The position numbers were made by a program, and so were the translations under genes. A stretch of 38,302 nucleotides of DNA from Candidatus Omnitrophota bacterium. GTDB lineage: Bacteria; Omnitrophota; Gorgyraeia; Gygaellales; Profunditerraquicolaceae. The stretch spans positions 1 to 38,302 of the forward strand of contig JBEKSD010000016.1 in assembly GCA_049517335.1 (NCBI GenBank), in the 5' to 3' direction. Under the pieces are notes generated by a model. That model saw nothing but the letters and a program-made list of their open reading frames with translations. It was not told the origin of the DNA and did no database searches. Below, one piece after another: positions 35,663-38,302 of this stretch (position 1 is its first letter; the number at the start of each line of letters is the position of its first letter).

Positions 35663-36136
35663 TTGCCTGGTTTTTTTATGTCAATGCTCAGACTTAAGCT
35701 AGCAAAAAAAGGTTTTACTCTGATGGAAGTAATGGTGGCAGTCGCCATAGCCGCGCTTGCACTCTGCGGCATACTTTTGACATACGTAACCTGTTTTACC
35801 TTAATCAAGACATCAAAGAATGTGAGTATCGCTACCAGCGCCGCCAGAGGATTAATGGATGAAATACGCAATACCTCTTTTCCTTTAATTGTCTCCAGTT
35901 ATAATAATCTTAATTTTAGCGTTAATAATATGCCTCAAAACAGGGGCGTTGTTTATGTTGACAATACGAATCCGGAACTCCTGAAGGTTACCATAAGCGT
36001 ATGCTGGAAAGAGGGGAATAAGGTCATAGGCGAGGACACTAACCTTAACGGTGTGCTGGACGCAGGCGAAGATCTAAACGGAAATCATATCATTGATTCG
36101 CCCGTAGAGCTTGTAACCTTGATTTCCAACAGGTGA
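35663..36136 (+). CDS. Type IV minor pilin (PilV-like); start uncertain (35663/35678/35684)
   Basis: Class III signal KKG/FTLMEVMVAVAI; C-terminal EDTNLNGVLDAGEDLNGNHIID repeat. Confidence 0.85.
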   Translation: MPGFFMSMLRLKLAKKGFTLMEVMVAVAIAALALCGILLTYVTCFTLIKTSKNVSIATSAARGLMDEIRNTSFPLIVSSYNNLNFSVNNMPQNRGVVYVDNTNPELLKVTISVCWKEGNKVIGEDTNLNGVLDAGEDLNGNHIIDSPVELVTLISNR

Positions 36137-36140
36137 AGAT

Positions 36141-36653
36141 ATGAGGGCTTTTACCTTAATAGAGACGCTGGTTTCGCTTTTAATTTTCACCGTGATTGCC
36201 ATGGGGATATTCCTTGTTGTGTCGGTGGCCCAGCGTTCATGGTTTACCGGGGATACGGCGGTGGAAGTGCGGCAGCAGATAATAATCGCGCTTATTACGA
36301 TAAACCGCGAACTTTCCGAAACCGCTTCGGCCCAGACGAATTTGACTGCAGCCACCCCTAAAAGTTCCATCACCTTTAGAATACCCCACGATAATAATGG
36401 CGACGGAAGCGTCGTTGATGTCTCCGGGAATATAGAGTGGTCTGACCCCATTACTTATTCCTGCGATGCTTCAGGTAATCTGACGCGCACTTATGAAGGC
36501 GTAACTTCAATAATGGCTCATGATATTTCATCTTTACAGTTTACCAACACGCAAAGCAGGCTTATCCAGGTGGATATCACGGCGCAGAAAACAGACGACA
36601 CGGGAAAACTGACGCAGGACGTTGAGCAGGCAGTAATAAAAATGAGGAACTGA
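36141..36653 (+). CDS. Type IV minor pilin (PilW-like)
   Basis: MRA/FTLIETLVSLLIF prepilin motif; I.REL; DNNGDG; terminal MRN. Confidence 0.85.
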   Translation: MRAFTLIETLVSLLIFTVIAMGIFLVVSVAQRSWFTGDTAVEVRQQIIIALITINRELSETASAQTNLTAATPKSSITFRIPHDNNGDGSVVDVSGNIEWSDPITYSCDASGNLTRTYEGVTSIMAHDISSLQFTNTQSRLIQVDITAQKTDDTGKLTQDVEQAVIKMRN

Positions 36654-36667
36654 CAGAGGCGAAAGAC

Positions 36668-37990
36668 ATGAAAAATCTAAGCAGCAAAAAGGGAGTAGCT
36701 TTAATAGCGGTTTACCTTGCGTTGGTGGTGCTGCTTATTTTTTTAGTAGTATTTTTTAACGTAAGCACTTCTCAAAATCTTTCGGCTAACCTTTTTATCC
36801 GAAGGGCCCAGGCATTTGACCTTGCCGAGGCCGGCCTCGATCAGACAATCTACTGCCTGAGAGCCCAGATTCTGGTTCCTGCGGGGGATCAATATTTAGG
36901 CGCGGGAAAATATAACATAACTGTTCAAGACTTAGGTGCGCCGGGAGGAGTAGCCTTTATACATAGGTATAAAATAACCTCCGTCGGGACAGTCGGCTCG
37001 GTAAGCAGGACGCTGGAAAACAACGTTCAAACCGATAATTACGCCCGCTATATATGGTTTACCGATAGTGAGTATTTTCAGGGAAACAATGTATGGTTCT
37101 GGAGCCAGGATACCTTAAATGGGCCGGTGCACACCAACGGGCATTTCAATATATACGGCACCCCCACATTTCAGGATCTAGTGGAGTCGGTGGACAGTTA
37201 CATCACTTACTATAATAACGGCAACAATATTAATTTATACCAGTTGAGTAATCCTCCTTACGACATCCCTAATTTTTCTGGGGGCGCAAACTTGGGAACC
37301 AACAGTATTAATATGCCTACGCAGGATTTAAGCCTAAGAAGCGCCTCTACCGCTACCGGCGGCTTAAGGTTAAACGGCGACTCAACGGTTGTTTTAAATT
37401 CCGACGGCACGATGAATATTACCAACAGTTCTTATTGTATCTCTTATAACAATTCTGGCCAGTGTACACAGAATTGTTCAGGCACCTGCACGAACCAGCC
37501 GCTTCCTGCAAACGGAGCACTTTTTGTAAATAACGGAAACCTTACGGTTTCAGGAACTTTGAAAGGGAGGCTTTCCGTCGGAGCCAGCGGTAATATTACC
37601 ATCCCGAACAGCATTGTTTATGCGAATGACCCGCGTGTGTCCGGCTCAACTTCAACCGACACCTTAGGTATCGTCGCGGAGCAGGACGTGGTAATCCCCA
37701 GTAGCGCGCCTTTTAATCTTGAAATAGACGCCTCTATTATGGCCTTAAATACATCGTTCTACCTCCAAAACTGGGCAAGCGGTTCTCCAAAGGGGACGCT
37801 GACCGTTTTCGGAGGCATCATTCAGAAACAACGTGGCCCCGTAGGCACCTTTAACGGCTCAACAGGAACAAAGATAAGCGGCTATTCTAAGAGTTATAGT
37901 TATGATAAGAGGCTCTTGGATAATCCGCCTCCGTTCGTTCCGACCACGGGAGATTATGTCACATTGTCATGGGAGGACGCTAATATATGA
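36668..37990 (+). CDS. PilX-like large minor pilin (DUF4900-like)
   Basis: KKG/VALIAV leader lacking Glu5, QAFDLAEAGLD, GPVHTNG, Asn/Gly/Thr-rich beta region, YDKRL...PP. Confidence 0.8.
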   Translation: MKNLSSKKGVALIAVYLALVVLLIFLVVFFNVSTSQNLSANLFIRRAQAFDLAEAGLDQTIYCLRAQILVPAGDQYLGAGKYNITVQDLGAPGGVAFIHRYKITSVGTVGSVSRTLENNVQTDNYARYIWFTDSEYFQGNNVWFWSQDTLNGPVHTNGHFNIYGTPTFQDLVESVDSYITYYNNGNNINLYQLSNPPYDIPNFSGGANLGTNSINMPTQDLSLRSASTATGGLRLNGDSTVVLNSDGTMNITNSSYCISYNNSGQCTQNCSGTCTNQPLPANGALFVNNGNLTVSGTLKGRLSVGASGNITIPNSIVYANDPRVSGSTSTDTLGIVAEQDVVIPSSAPFNLEIDASIMALNTSFYLQNWASGSPKGTLTVFGGIIQKQRGPVGTFNGSTGTKISGYSKSYSYDKRLLDNPPPFVPTTGDYVTLSWEDANI

Positions 37991-38302
37991 AAATCAAATG
38001 GCTCTTTATCTTAGCGGCAGTATTAATTGCGATAATGCTTTTGAGCTTGTTTTTTGCTCAGGTTAACACTAAGATCCTGCCTACTTCTGAAGAGGAAAAT
38101 AAGGTAGCCCTCCGGCCCCCGGTTTTATCAGAGCCGCAAGCCGCTAGCCCGCTGCTGTCTTCCCCTGTGCAGGTAAGCAGGGCAATTACTATAATTAAAG
38201 CACCTACGCAAAATACAGAAAATAAAGTCGAGAGCCTAGCTGCTGGCCAGGCAGGCATACCGGAAACAGCGGAATCATACGTCCCTTCGGAAACCTCCAA
38301 AG
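37987..38302 (+). CDS. Hypothetical membrane-anchored protein (3' truncated by window edge)
   Basis: ATGA overlap with the previous stop; MKIKWLFILAAVLIAIMLLSLFFAQ then Pro/Ser/Glu-rich linker; open to the window end. Confidence 0.7.
   Translation, partial: MKIKWLFILAAVLIAIMLLSLFFAQVNTKILPTSEEENKVALRPPVLSEPQAASPLLSSPVQVSRAITIIKAPTQNTENKVESLAAGQAGIPETAESYVPSETSK

Noticed and set aside
35581-35690. Inverted segments (CATAAAAAA/TTTTTTATG, GCATTGA/TCAATGC) upstream of the pilins as an invertible switch or riboswitch
   Set aside because: The segments are not in nested order, no recombinase is nearby and no c-di-GMP riboswitch consensus is visible.
38058-38300. 80-aa minus-strand ORF at the window end
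   Set aside because: The plus-strand ORF from 37987, coupled to the pilin cluster and with a clear TM leader, explains the region better.
1-38302. CRISPR array, rRNA, transposase/integrase, inteins in DnaB or RtcB, tRNA introns, selenocysteine read-through
   Set aside because: No spaced direct repeats or matching ORFs were seen; DnaB, RtcB and all six tRNAs have normal uninterrupted lengths; no in-frame TGA sits at a catalytic Cys position.

Overview
Chromosomal window from a diderm, probably anaerobic bacterium. The PVC-restricted Minf_1886 protein, zinc-ribbon SpoVG, LpxC-FabZ fusion with LpxI and the pilin style point to the PVC superphylum, most plausibly Candidatus Omnitrophota (inference). 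Left: TlpA (partial), LUD protein, frameshifted ybaB, Minf_1886, a folate-independent core-MetE (MesB-like), then porCDAB, a cysteine-less DPSL ferritin and ferredoxin. Middle: a PpiD/SurA-like gene on the minus strand, divergent from a long housekeeping run (hisG, 33-aa basic ORF, TPR, split transketolase, ispE, spoVG, tRNA-Gln, glmU, prs, rplY, pth, rpsF, ssb, rpsR, rplI, dnaB, bamA, skp, lpxD, lpxC/fabZ, lpxA, lpxI). Right: CBM48 protein, radical SAM, tRNA-Arg(UCG) plus an unexplained structured element, small envelope genes, then tRNA-Lys, archease, rtcB, serS, a membrane protein and three tRNA-Ser genes, followed by msrB-msrA, vanZ and a type IV minor-pilin cluster. Best candidates for something undescribed: the tRNA-flanked archease/RtcB/SerRS unit, two structured elements directly behind tRNAs (one with an att-like dyad), a stand-alone LptF/G-like jellyroll protein and the Cys-less DPSL. 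No CRISPR, rRNA, transposase or integrase gene was seen. All family calls come from motif recognition by eye; no database search was run.
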